Positions 17,494 through 25,777 of a stretch of 32,000 nt of DNA are shown in pieces. The notes below the pieces were generated by a model. It did no database searches, had not been told where the DNA came from, and saw only the letters and a program-made list of their open reading frames with translations. The DNA is taken from the NCBI GenBank assembly GCA_964480775.1, contig CAYZRF010000021.1:1-32000 (forward strand), read 5' to 3'. Within the stretch, counting starts at the first letter, position 1. Every line of letters begins with the position of its first letter. This DNA is from an uncultured Nitrososphaerota archaeon. GTDB taxonomy: Archaea; Korarchaeota; Korarchaeia; Korarchaeales; Korarchaeaceae. The translations under genes and the position numbers were made by a program.

Positions 17494-19084
17494 GAAGCAT
17501 CACCGCAAACGCAAGCAGAGAGAATATGAAAATCTCTCTAAAGGACGAGGTAAAGTGTCCTGTTCTAACAAGCCCCAAGGTTCCTCCCATCACTAACGTC
17601 TGAACAAAGGCTTGCATCATAATTCCTTCTCTGATTCTCTCTGCTTCATGAGGTGCGAGAAGAGGGATGTTTAGTATGTTCACTAACATGGCATAGGAAC
17701 CTATAACTAGCATGAAAGAAAACATTGCAGTAAAGTAATTTCCCATTTTCTCGCCCTCCGTTTCGATCCAGAGTTCCCTCAACCTAACGGCAAATTCTGA
17801 AATTGATGAAAAAGCCTCCTTAAGATCGGCTCCAGCCTCCAAAGCGGTCATAATAAGCAAAGTTGACATTCTCGAAACGCTTAGCTTTTGCCTCTCAGCC
17901 ATCCTCTTTAGAATTTCAGTATAAGGAAGTTTCAGTCCAGCCCAAGCCTTGACCCTGTTGGCGAAATCCTTCAAGGATTTGTATGTTATCTTCATGTATG
18001 TTATAGCGTCGCTAAAAGACCTTCCACTCCTTAGTTCAGAGAAGAGATCTTGAAGGAAAAGTGGGAAGTCAAAAGTCTCGCTTCTCAGCCTTTTTTCCTC
18101 CTTAAATATTTGCAAGAAGCCAGCTAAAGCCCCAAGGGAGGTAGAGATGGCTAATCTTTGCCACAGATTGAGAGAAAGAATTGGAATCGGGGATTTAATC
18201 AGCTTTACCAAAATTCGTGGGGGTAACTTATGAATTAGAACTGTAAAAATAAAATATACAGCAAAGAAAACGGCAATAAAAGATAACCAGGCTTTTATGA
18301 CGGTTCTTTTCTTAAAATAGAAGTACCTAGGGGCTAGAATCTTAAACAACAATACGAAGAAAGGAGATGGGAGTACTGAAGTCATAAGGACAAGGTTGCT
18401 CATTCCTCCTCCTCCGAATCCAGAGACCAAAGACTGAAACGTGAACATCAACATCAACACAAATGGGAGGGCGGTGGACGTCAGAGTATAAACGATTAGG
18501 ATCATCATCAGTCTTTCCATGCTACTTCTTACGTCCATCATGGTTTTCTCTACTGACTCATCAAGTTCCAGCTTTAGCATTTCATCTATGGCTTCTCCTC
18601 TAGTGAAGTAGTAATCGTGCAGTCTCGAGTAGATTCTTTTCCATACGCCACTAGGACATAGCCTGATGTTTGCCTCAAGCCCTTCTATTGTTCCAGCAGC
18701 TAACATTCTAGCTGATGCTGCTTGAAAATACTTTCTCACGTCAGTATCCTCTGCTATGTTACTAATCGCCTTGAATGAAGAGCCTAAAGATTTGCCCACC
18801 TTTTGTAACATCCAGAGAGTAGCTAGATAAGCCCAGATATCCTTTTCAAGCTTGCTAGCTATATTCAGATAGGATAGAAAAGGGGTAAATAGCATTAACA
18901 GTGATGGAAAGATCACTATGAACATAAGACGTACAGGATCCCTCATATAGCCAGTACGATAAAGAGCAGCAGCTATAGCCATCATAACGCCTCCAACGGA
19001 GGCGATTCTAAAGATAAACTCCTTCGGATCTTGGTCTGGTATCCCTGCTTTTATGAAGAACTCTTCATCGAAGAAGAGTACCAC
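17486..19084 (-). CDS. two-domain T2SSF platform membrane protein (FlaJ/TadC-like)
   Basis: 532 aa, with two helical cytoplasmic domains each followed by TM bundles. Its GTG start overlaps the ATPase stop by 1 nt. Confidence 0.8.
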   Translation of the reverse strand: MVLFFDEEFFIKAGIPDQDPKEFIFRIASVGGVMMAIAAALYRTGYMRDPVRLMFIVIFPSLLMLFTPFLSYLNIASKLEKDIWAYLATLWMLQKVGKSLGSSFKAISNIAEDTDVRKYFQAASARMLAAGTIEGLEANIRLCPSGVWKRIYSRLHDYYFTRGEAIDEMLKLELDESVEKTMMDVRSSMERLMMILIVYTLTSTALPFVLMLMFTFQSLVSGFGGGGMSNLVLMTSVLPSPFFVLLFKILAPRYFYFKKRTVIKAWLSFIAVFFAVYFIFTVLIHKLPPRILVKLIKSPIPILSLNLWQRLAISTSLGALAGFLQIFKEEKRLRSETFDFPLFLQDLFSELRSGRSFSDAITYMKITYKSLKDFANRVKAWAGLKLPYTEILKRMAERQKLSVSRMSTLLIMTALEAGADLKEAFSSISEFAVRLRELWIETEGEKMGNYFTAMFSFMLVIGSYAMLVNILNIPLLAPHEAERIREGIMMQAFVQTLVMGGTLGLVRTGHFTSSFREIFIFSLLAFAVMLLI

Positions 19085-20499
19085 TAAGCTCCCCTCCTAG
19101 CCCTTTCAACCCGCCTTCTTAGGTCTGCCACTTTCTCCTGATACTCTCTAACTATCGTTGATCTTGGAACTCCTTCTTTTGCAGCGATTTCAATGAATAT
19201 TTGGCTATTCTTTATTGGATCGCCTAAAAGCTCCCTACCCCTCTTCCTAACAAAGATGTCTCTTAGAATAACGTCGTCGGTTGTTGAATCATAGCTCAAT
19301 TCAGCTATCCTCACAACCCCCCTAAAGTTTCCTTCTTTCCTAAGCAGCGCTGCCACCTTAAAATCAGCTATCTGCTCGTTTGTGAGATTGATGGGATCAC
19401 CTCTAAGCCTCGCTAAGACTCCCTCTATGACGCTTGCATGGAATGTCGTGAAGCTGGTGTGTCCAACGTGTATGAACTGAACGAGCAATCTGACCTCGGC
19501 TCCCCTCGACTCTCCGACGACTACGTAATCGGGTCTCATCCTGAGCACGTCTCTCAGCAAATCGGGAATCTCCATTCCCTTGACTCCCATTCCTGGTGGT
19601 TGACCTATGAGAGAGGTCCAATTCTTGTGTTCAGGAAGGTATATTTCAGGGGTATCCTCGACCGTGACGATATGAGCGTGCTTTGGAAGGAGTGAGAGAA
19701 GGGCATTGAGGAAGGTTGTCTTCCCTGAGCCAGTTTCACCAACTATAAACCCTGAAATTCCATGTTCGGCCAGCAACCACAAATATGCAGCCGCTTCTAC
19801 TGAAACGGCTCCCCAAGAGATTAGTTGTTCAATCCTCGGTCTTACAACAAACTTCCTTATGGTAAAGGTAGTTCCACCTTCGCTGACCGCAGGTCCATAA
19901 AGGGCGTGAACCCTAGATCCATCTGGTAGTTTTCCCTCTAGCCTAGGAACAGCAAGCGACACCTGCTTTCCTACTCTTTCCGCTAGTTTGAGCACGATTT
20001 GTCTGGCTTCTTCCTCTGTTAACTCTATGTTTGTCTCTAACCAAGTCCCTTTCCCAGCTAGGTAAACAAAAAGCTTTCTACCCCCTCTCGCTGGTAAAGT
20101 CACATCTTCTACATAAGGATCCTTCATAATGGGATCGAGTTTCCCCAAACCCTCTATATCTCTTCTCAAATAGAATATAATAGAATTTAGTAAATCTTCA
20201 TCATATTTCTTCTTGAATTCCTTTAGAGTTCTCTTTGCTGCCCACTCATAAAGTTTGGTAAGCTTGTTTAGATCCTCAAAACTTATCCTAGAAAGAACGT
20301 AATCCTTTGCTTTCTCAAGTATTTCTTTATCTGGCATTGGGGGCTCTATAACAATGTATTTATCACCCTTGATACCCCTCCATGCAATTCCTTCAACCAG
20401 CTCAATGACTTCTTTTAGATCTTTAAGCTCAAGTTTCTTCCTCTTTTCCACAAGCGCCTGCTTTTCAGGCGTCGCTACCTGTTTCATGTGAAGGTGCAC
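19084..20499 (-). CDS. archaeal type IV pilus/FlaI-like assembly ATPase
   Basis: Walker A GETGSGKTT, Asp box IVTVEDTPE, Walker B PDYVVVGESRG, His box TTFHA. The start is GTG 20499 or ATG 20487. Confidence 0.92.
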   Translation of the reverse strand: MHLHMKQVATPEKQALVEKRKKLELKDLKEVIELVEGIAWRGIKGDKYIVIEPPMPDKEILEKAKDYVLSRISFEDLNKLTKLYEWAAKRTLKEFKKKYDEDLLNSIIFYLRRDIEGLGKLDPIMKDPYVEDVTLPARGGRKLFVYLAGKGTWLETNIELTEEEARQIVLKLAERVGKQVSLAVPRLEGKLPDGSRVHALYGPAVSEGGTTFTIRKFVVRPRIEQLISWGAVSVEAAAYLWLLAEHGISGFIVGETGSGKTTFLNALLSLLPKHAHIVTVEDTPEIYLPEHKNWTSLIGQPPGMGVKGMEIPDLLRDVLRMRPDYVVVGESRGAEVRLLVQFIHVGHTSFTTFHASVIEGVLARLRGDPINLTNEQIADFKVAALLRKEGNFRGVVRIAELSYDSTTDDVILRDIFVRKRGRELLGDPIKNSQIFIEIAAKEGVPRSTIVREYQEKVADLRRRVERARRGA

Positions 20500-20761
20500 C
20501 TACTCCCATAATGTGATAGACCGGGTTGATTTAGATTATTGAACAAATAAAATGCTGTGGATCAACATTAAAATCTACCTATGTTTACTAGAAATTACTT
20601 ATATTTTACAAAATATGATAAAGAAATTCTAGATAAAAGCCAGAAACAGTTGATTCTAGTAGAAAACAATTCATATAGAATTTTTTGGTTAAATTAACTT
20701 ATTTTTAAGTTTTCCAAATAGATGGTGATCTTTGATAAGTAAAAAATGAAACCTAAGTAAG

Positions 20762-20799
20762 AAAAGATAAAAAAGAGATGAAAGGAGGGCCTACCCTCC
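20762..20799 (-). terminator. hairpin plus oligo-U terminator after pilin gene 1
   Basis: The minus strand reads GGAGGG-UAGG-CCCUCC, a 6-bp stem with the stop codon in the loop (20784-20799). It is followed by UUUCAUCUCUUUUUUAUCUUUUC, with the T6 run at 20769-20774. Confidence 0.4.
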
Positions 20800-21240
20800 C
20801 CTGTAGAGGTATTCGGTCTGGGTGCCACCAGGACCATAGACTATTATAGAGTAACTCTGTGTAGCACTGTAGTTACCTAAGTTTACAGTAAGCTCTGCTA
20901 CTCCATTTACTTCTAAAACGTCATCGGAACCGCTAACCGCGCCAGCGAGATTGCTTACATCAAGCTTCTGGTTGTCGATAAAGACTTGCCAAGCGGCAGT
21001 ACTTCCCGCGCCTGAAATATCATTGGGCCCTAAGTTCTTTACGTATATTATGCCATTACTTGATCCCATTCCTGATACTGAAAGTACGGCCAGCGTTGTC
21101 TGCCCACCAACGGCCGAAGTCCTTCCTAAGGCGCCAAAGATGTAGCTTCCAATTGGACTAAAGATTAGTAGGGCTAATGCCACTCCTATTACTAGAATTA
21201 TAACCTCGACGGCAACTCTCGATATTCCTGCTCTTTTCAT
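20791..21240 (-). CDS. archaeal type IV pilin, paralog 1
   Basis: ATG 21240 follows GGTG. Class III signal peptide MKRAG/ISRVAVEVIILVIGVALALLIF. It shares blocks with paralog 2: YVKNLGPxDI, WQVFID, (Y/F)GP. Confidence 0.8.
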   Translation of the reverse strand: MKRAGISRVAVEVIILVIGVALALLIFSPIGSYIFGALGRTSAVGGQTTLAVLSVSGMGSSNGIIYVKNLGPNDISGAGSTAAWQVFIDNQKLDVSNLAGAVSGSDDVLEVNGVAELTVNLGNYSATQSYSIIVYGPGGTQTEYLYRGG

Positions 21241-21290
21241 ATCCCACACCTTCTATTCTTTTGTTGACCATGTAGTATACTAATGGAGAG

Positions 21291-21343
21291 TATAAAAATC
21301 CTACCATGAAAATCCATGAAAAACCATGAAATACTGTGAAATC
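21291..21343 (-). promoter_or_regulatory. pilin-1 promoter: TATA box plus four phased TGAAA[A/T] repeats
   Basis: The minus strand has TTTTTATA (21291-21298) 50 nt before the ATG. Immediately upstream, plus strand 21304-21343 reads CCATGAAAAT CCATGAAAAA CCATGAAATA CTGTGAAATC, an exact 10-bp period. Confidence 0.5.
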
Positions 21344-21436
21344 TTTTTCTAAACACATCAAACTTTAAAATTAAAGCATTAGAGCGTTTTTCCTTTTATC
21401 CAAGAATTTGGAATTTTTTCAAATTAGAAACTGTTT

Positions 21437-21877
21437 TTATCCCGAGGGTTCAGTTCCTACCAAGTTTGAGACTATGACGAAGTAGGACCCAATGGTCTCA
21501 TTATAAAACAAGAGGAAGATGATCTCTCCATTATAGACTTTGGGAGGGGCTTTAACAGGAACAGTGGAGAAAAAGGTAGTATTAGCCATAACAGAATGCG
21601 TACCTGCAACTAGCCTAACGACCACACTGCTATTGTAGACCATAATCTCAGCAACTTTGTCACCCTCTAACTCTATGTTAACCACTCTTTGACCAGAGAG
21701 AGCCCCACCCTCCTTCATTCTGGACATAAAAGATATCTCAGACGCCACAACTTCTGCTATAGTTTGAGCCTCCTTTCTCAAATTCAATTCGAAGAAATAT
21801 GGCCTCAAAAACAAGAAGAACGAAGCTAGGATAAGGCCTATTAGTGCAAGAGCAACCCAGATGACCGCTCTCCTCAT
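21437..21877 (-). CDS. pilin-like/anchored protein
   Basis: MRRA/VIWVALALIGLILASFFLF, a basic leader followed by a hydrophobic helix. SD GGGGAGG lies upstream, inside the end of the previous gene. Confidence 0.55.
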   Translation of the reverse strand: MRRAVIWVALALIGLILASFFLFLRPYFFELNLRKEAQTIAEVVASEISFMSRMKEGGALSGQRVVNIELEGDKVAEIMVYNSSVVVRLVAGTHSVMANTTFFSTVPVKAPPKVYNGEIIFLLFYNETIGSYFVIVSNLVGTEPSG

Positions 21878-21881
21878 GATA

Positions 21882-22373
21882 TCAGCCTCCCCAATTTATC
21901 CGTATGTATCCAACATGCGAGGTCGTGTTGTAGAAATAGTAGTCGATCGTAACATAGTTCTGTCTACCAGACGACGCGAGTCCAGTCATGGTAAGATTCC
22001 ATCCTCTCTTAAGGTAAACTGAGAGAATTATTTTGTTCGTAGTTGGCTGAAGGGTTACGTATGTGATCGAAAGATTTGAAAGGGTAACATTCCTCTCATA
22101 TCGTGGGGGATTCATTACAACTACGTTTACAGAATTGTTCCCATAGATTACAACTATATCGTCAGGTAATACTATGGATAGTGTTAGTGAGGCCCCCACT
22201 CCTGATGCCACAACCCCTTCAATGCTATTTGCAAGAGAATAAGCTATTCTTTTACCTGCCTCCAGACGCTGTTCGGCCTGTCTTGTTCTTATGTATGGAT
22301 ACGTTAACATTAGGCCAGCCACTATTATAGCAGTTGCCAGAACTAGGGCCACCACCGATTCTACTACTTCCAT
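21882..22373 (-). CDS. pilin-like protein without basic leader
   Basis: MEVVESVVALVLATAIIVAGLML, followed by a beta-rich body with 5 N-x-S/T sequons. AGGGGA lies 6 nt before the ATG. Confidence 0.55.
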   Translation of the reverse strand: MEVVESVVALVLATAIIVAGLMLTYPYIRTRQAEQRLEAGKRIAYSLANSIEGVVASGVGASLTLSIVLPDDIVVIYGNNSVNVVVMNPPRYERNVTLSNLSITYVTLQPTTNKIILSVYLKRGWNLTMTGLASSGRQNYVTIDYYFYNTTSHVGYIRINWGG

Positions 22374-22376
22374 GAT

Positions 22377-23408
22377 CTATCCCCTAGGTGCAACGGCCTC
22401 AACCTCTATTCTCACCGTGTAGGGGAATATGAAGAATGGTATATTGGCTCTACTTGATGGATTTCCAACCATTAGAACCGAAGCATTATAAGGACCTTGA
22501 GCGAAAATGATGTCATCAATATCCATTGGCAGACCAATGCTCGTTATGTTTTCTCTAATGCTCGTCACATTCATTACGTTGCAACTTCTACCAAAGATCG
22601 TATCTCCAACATAAAAGTGATATGCGGGCTGTGCTGTTTCATTGACCAGCAGCTGATTCTCCCCTCTCCCTGTGGGATCTCCATTATCTAAGTCAATCCA
22701 CATCTCTCTCGTAGCGAAGTTCTCTCCGTTCGGTCCAGTGTAGTCAACGAATGCATGATATTTTCCTGCGGGAGCACCTTCTTGAATTCCTACATCTATT
22801 GTAATCTTACAAATTCCATTAATTAGCTGGGCTCCTTCTGTTGTAATCAAAGTAGTATCAGCATAAAGAGTTACCTGGGCATTTCCTCCCTGAACAGGAA
22901 GACCGTCTTTTGTATATGCTACGATATAAAATCGTGCACTCTCTCCTTCCCAGTGATTACCATCTATTTGTCTTTTGTAGTATGGCTCTCTGTAAGAGAG
23001 AACATACCAATGTATTTGGGTGTCATTGCTCCCAGGCATCACTGGAAATGTAACAAGCACCACATCTCCACGCGGTCTAGATGCGTTTGAGCAATTTATG
23101 TAAAACTTTGTCTCTGATCCATTCAGGTAAACTAAATACATGCTGACATTGAACCAAATGCCCGTTCTATTCCAAGCAAGCGTACAAATCTCTCCAACCT
23201 TGTTCTTAAACTCTCTTAGTGTCATATTTCCATTCATCACAAAGTCTCTGGAATATATGTCACCTATGACGCTGGCTATGCTCCTTGCTAGAACTCTTTC
23301 AGAAGCCGTCTCTTGTTTAGTCACCACCCTAGTGAAGGAGACAGCAGTGGCTATAGCTATCGTTACTAGGACCACGGCCAGTATGACTTCAATAGGTTCA
23401 CTAACCAT
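22377..23408 (-). CDS. large pilin-like/adhesin-like protein without basic leader
   Basis: ATG 23408 lies 8 nt after GGAGGTG; the track's 23417 start is a GTG inside the SD. N-terminus MVSEPIEVILAVVLVTIAIATAV. I count 11 N-x-S/T sequons. Confidence 0.6.
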   Translation of the reverse strand: MVSEPIEVILAVVLVTIAIATAVSFTRVVTKQETASERVLARSIASVIGDIYSRDFVMNGNMTLREFKNKVGEICTLAWNRTGIWFNVSMYLVYLNGSETKFYINCSNASRPRGDVVLVTFPVMPGSNDTQIHWYVLSYREPYYKRQIDGNHWEGESARFYIVAYTKDGLPVQGGNAQVTLYADTTLITTEGAQLINGICKITIDVGIQEGAPAGKYHAFVDYTGPNGENFATREMWIDLDNGDPTGRGENQLLVNETAQPAYHFYVGDTIFGRSCNVMNVTSIRENITSIGLPMDIDDIIFAQGPYNASVLMVGNPSSRANIPFFIFPYTVRIEVEAVAPRG

Positions 23409-23409
23409 T

Positions 23410-23901
23410 TCATCCACCTCCTGACACTATTACCCTAACCTCGCACATTGTTCCGTTTGATAGCCGAGCTAGAGCTCTTCTTACACCTCTAACCTGGCCT
23501 ATTATGTTTGAACCAACTATCAAGTTAGGAGAGGGAGGGAAAGAGTGTGAAGTCTCGTTGTAATAATAGAAAGCAATTCTAACATCAAACTCAGTTAGAG
23601 AAAGGCCTGCTTTTATCATACTATAATTCAAGGATAACAAGAGATTGAGTTTGTTAAGGTCTATTACATATGGATATACAAGTTCACCAGCATTACCCAT
23701 TTCAGAATAAGCCAAACCTATTGAGGGGGGCGAAACAGACCAATTTCCTGGATTTTCCAATAGCTGCCTGACAACTAGATCTGCCTTATGCTCAATTCCC
23801 TCGCTTATTTCTGCACCAAGCGTTCTAAGTTGCCAAATCCCATAAAAGCCATAAATCGATAGTATTAGCGTTGATACGATGAAAGCTATTATTTGCTTCA
23901 C
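23410..23901 (-). CDS. hypothetical N-terminally anchored protein
   Basis: GTG start 9 nt after AGGGGGG. N-terminal anchor MKQIIAFIVSTLILSIYGFYGI. No known motif recognised. Confidence 0.5.
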   Translation of the reverse strand: MKQIIAFIVSTLILSIYGFYGIWQLRTLGAEISEGIEHKADLVVRQLLENPGNWSVSPPSIGLAYSEMGNAGELVYPYVIDLNKLNLLLSLNYSMIKAGLSLTEFDVRIAFYYYNETSHSFPPSPNLIVGSNIIGQVRGVRRALARLSNGTMCEVRVIVSGGG

Positions 23902-23962
23902 TTTTCTAAGCCCCCCTCTATTTCTCCTTAGCTAATGTTAGCCCATTCTCCAGCTGGTAGGC

Positions 23963-24955
23963 TCAGTCAGGTGGCTCTGGGGGAGGTGGTAGTTCTGGCG
24001 GCTCAATGCCGAATAGATCTGCACCCATTGATCTCCAAATCCAGTAGTACTCCACTCCCTCCTGATACCCTTCATAACTGATCCGATATGCCTCGTATGG
24101 ATCGTCGCAGTAGTAAACATCTATAGTTGCCTCAGAACCAGGCCTGTCTTGTGGATTTATGATTATTTGATCGGTCTCCATGCCAGATTTCTTGTACCTT
24201 ATGTTAAAATATGCAATTCCACCGAGACCTGTTAGACCTGGCGTACCTCCAAGAACAACCGTATCAGAAGCAAAGGGACCAAATATTCTTTTTATCTGGA
24301 AGGGCTCCAACGATATGTATTGACCCCAGAGAATCCTCCCATCTGTGTCAAAATCGAACTTGATCTCATAACTATTGCCTTCAAGGTTGAAAATTATTCC
24401 ATGGAAGGTAATTACCTGTCTCCTTCCACCTATGAACGGTAAGGAACTCTGCATCCAGAAGCACCATTTAGAGGGTAATATCCCGAACGGAGGCAAACCT
24501 TCTCCTCCTTCGTCGCCTCCTCCGCCCCCTCCACCACCGCCACCTCTGCCTTCACCTATCCTGTATTGAATGTCAGTTAGGTTGGTGCCTAGTATGCCAG
24601 TGAAATAGGTATCCCCTTTAGCAAGGGTGTAAATTACGATAACGTTTTCTCCGCCACCACCAATCAAAGGCACGGTAATGTTGTGATACCACAGCTCTAC
24701 CTGCTTAGTTAACATCTTCTCGCTAAGATACTTAAGGTGGTTATCTATGAACGAAGCCTGAACATCAGAACCCCCAGGCAGCTCGGCTGCCGTATTGACG
24801 ACTGTTGTCATGTAGGCTAGGGTGTCCACAAAATCCTCATGCACTCCTTCCTCAAGTTTTACTTCCGGCGGGCTCATGTAAGTAGCCAGCGTCATTATGA
24901 GCACTGTTATTACGAAGCCTACCAGCAAGATCGTTCCTGCGCCTTTTCTATTCAT
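23963..24955 (-). CDS. pilin-like protein with Gly10 linker and Pro-rich tail
   Basis: Class III-like MNRKG/AGTILLVGFVITVLIM. Ten consecutive Gly codons at 24515-24544. C-terminus PPELPPPPEPPD. The start lies 6 nt after GGAGGAGGA. Confidence 0.6.
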   Translation of the reverse strand: MNRKGAGTILLVGFVITVLIMTLATYMSPPEVKLEEGVHEDFVDTLAYMTTVVNTAAELPGGSDVQASFIDNHLKYLSEKMLTKQVELWYHNITVPLIGGGGENVIVIYTLAKGDTYFTGILGTNLTDIQYRIGEGRGGGGGGGGGGDEGGEGLPPFGILPSKWCFWMQSSLPFIGGRRQVITFHGIIFNLEGNSYEIKFDFDTDGRILWGQYISLEPFQIKRIFGPFASDTVVLGGTPGLTGLGGIAYFNIRYKKSGMETDQIIINPQDRPGSEATIDVYYCDDPYEAYRISYEGYQEGVEYYWIWRSMGADLFGIEPPELPPPPEPPD

Positions 24956-24958
24956 ACT

Positions 24959-25429
24959 TTATCCTCCTCCTGGAGACCACCCAGCATAAGCAATCGTGGC
25001 TCGGGGACCAAAAACTTTGATCGTATGCGAAACATTAGCATTGATTGCCTCCGAGAGAGTTATATTAATGGATTCTCCAACCCTTAAAGATCCTGAAGCA
25101 GGATCTAGCGAACTTATAGTCTTGAACTCATCATCTATAAAAACCTGCCATTCCGAGGGACCAGAGAATTCAATGTCAGAAGGACCCAAGTTCTTCACAT
25201 AAACCTTTGCATATGATCCCGCTGTTGCATTCCCAGGATCAAATGCCATTATCTGAATGTTTGATTTAGGGGTTCCGGCCTCAATTTTTCTGTAACTACC
25301 CCTAGTAGCCCCCAAAACCACTTGATAGACTAAGACGGCCAAGGCAATACCAAGTACCATTAGTACAATGGCCGTAGTAACCTGAGAGACTCCTCTCCTT
25401 CTTTTGCGAAGAACTTGCTGGGTGGTCAT
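24959..25429 (-). CDS. archaeal type IV pilin, paralog 2
   Basis: From ATG 25429 it reads MTTQQVLRKRRRG/VSQVTTAIVLMVLGIALAVLVY, a classic archaeal Pilin_N-type signal. The track's 25489 start would cross the TATA box. Confidence 0.8.
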   Translation of the reverse strand: MTTQQVLRKRRRGVSQVTTAIVLMVLGIALAVLVYQVVLGATRGSYRKIEAGTPKSNIQIMAFDPGNATAGSYAKVYVKNLGPSDIEFSGPSEWQVFIDDEFKTISSLDPASGSLRVGESINITLSEAINANVSHTIKVFGPRATIAYAGWSPGGG

Positions 25430-25454
25430 CCTAACATTAGGTGTATCCTTTGAG

Positions 25455-25556
25455 AATAAAAATGCTTTTGTATGCTTAGAATTTCGCATATAACCACGCT
25501 TTGAAATGAAATGAAATAATAATGAAATATTAATGAAATTCAGTGAAATATGAAAT
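25455..25556 (-). promoter_or_regulatory. pilin-2 promoter: TATA box plus seven TGAAAT repeats
   Basis: The minus strand has TTTTTATT (25455-25462) 25 nt before ATG 25429, implying a leaderless or very short leader. TGAAAT (plus strand) starts at 25502, 25507, 25512, 25523, 25534, 25544 and 25551. Confidence 0.5.
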
Positions 25557-25777
25557 AAATATATAGCATTTAATTTAAAGTTTTTTCGAGATAGAAATAA
25601 TTACTACTTCCTAATCCGTAGACAGATCATGGACTGAGAAGATAACAATAACAGGTGAAATAGTTGTTAGTTAAAAAATTTGAAACTTTTGCTTTCTCGC
25701 TGATACCCTTACTCCTTTCTGAGCACAAGATCTTTACTCCCAATTTATTAATTATCGCTTGATACCTTGTCGAGTTG

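Noticed and set aside
20589-20665. Three CTAG-centred half-palindromes (CTAGAAATT, AAATTCTAG, ATTCTAGTAG) upstream of the ATPase operon, as a possible operator.
   Set aside because: They are short, imperfect and set in very AT-rich DNA. I cannot distinguish them from chance without genome-wide statistics.
21158-21361. 67-aa minus-strand ORF, and the MWDM... extension of pilin 1.
   Set aside because: It runs across the TATA box and the TGAAA repeat array. The pilin has an SD-supported ATG at 21240 that gives a canonical class III leader.
24515-24544. The Gly10 tract as a slippage-prone simple repeat or phase-variation switch.
   Set aside because: The tract uses four different GGN codons with no long homopolymer or perfect trinucleotide repeat, so slipped-strand mispairing is unlikely.
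20791-25429. Most pilin-like proteins end in Gly or Gly-Gly(-Gly): ...YRGG, ...INWGG, ...VSGGG, ...SPGGG, ...APRG, ...EPSG. In locus 1 the endings are ...VIKG, ...IQDG, ...SPIG and ...LTTG. With a ThiF/MoeB/UbaA E1-like gene at 14430-15185, this first suggested ubiquitin-like (SAMP-type) C-terminal diglycine substrates.
   Set aside because: In most cases the terminal GGN codons are simply the Shine-Dalgarno sequence of the next, translationally coupled gene (GGAGGTG, GGAGGAGGA, GGGGAGG, AGGGGA a few nt before the following start), or part of the terminator stem (pilin 1). The proteins are membrane-anchored and extracellular, not beta-grasp sized. The E1-like gene sits in a Moco context.
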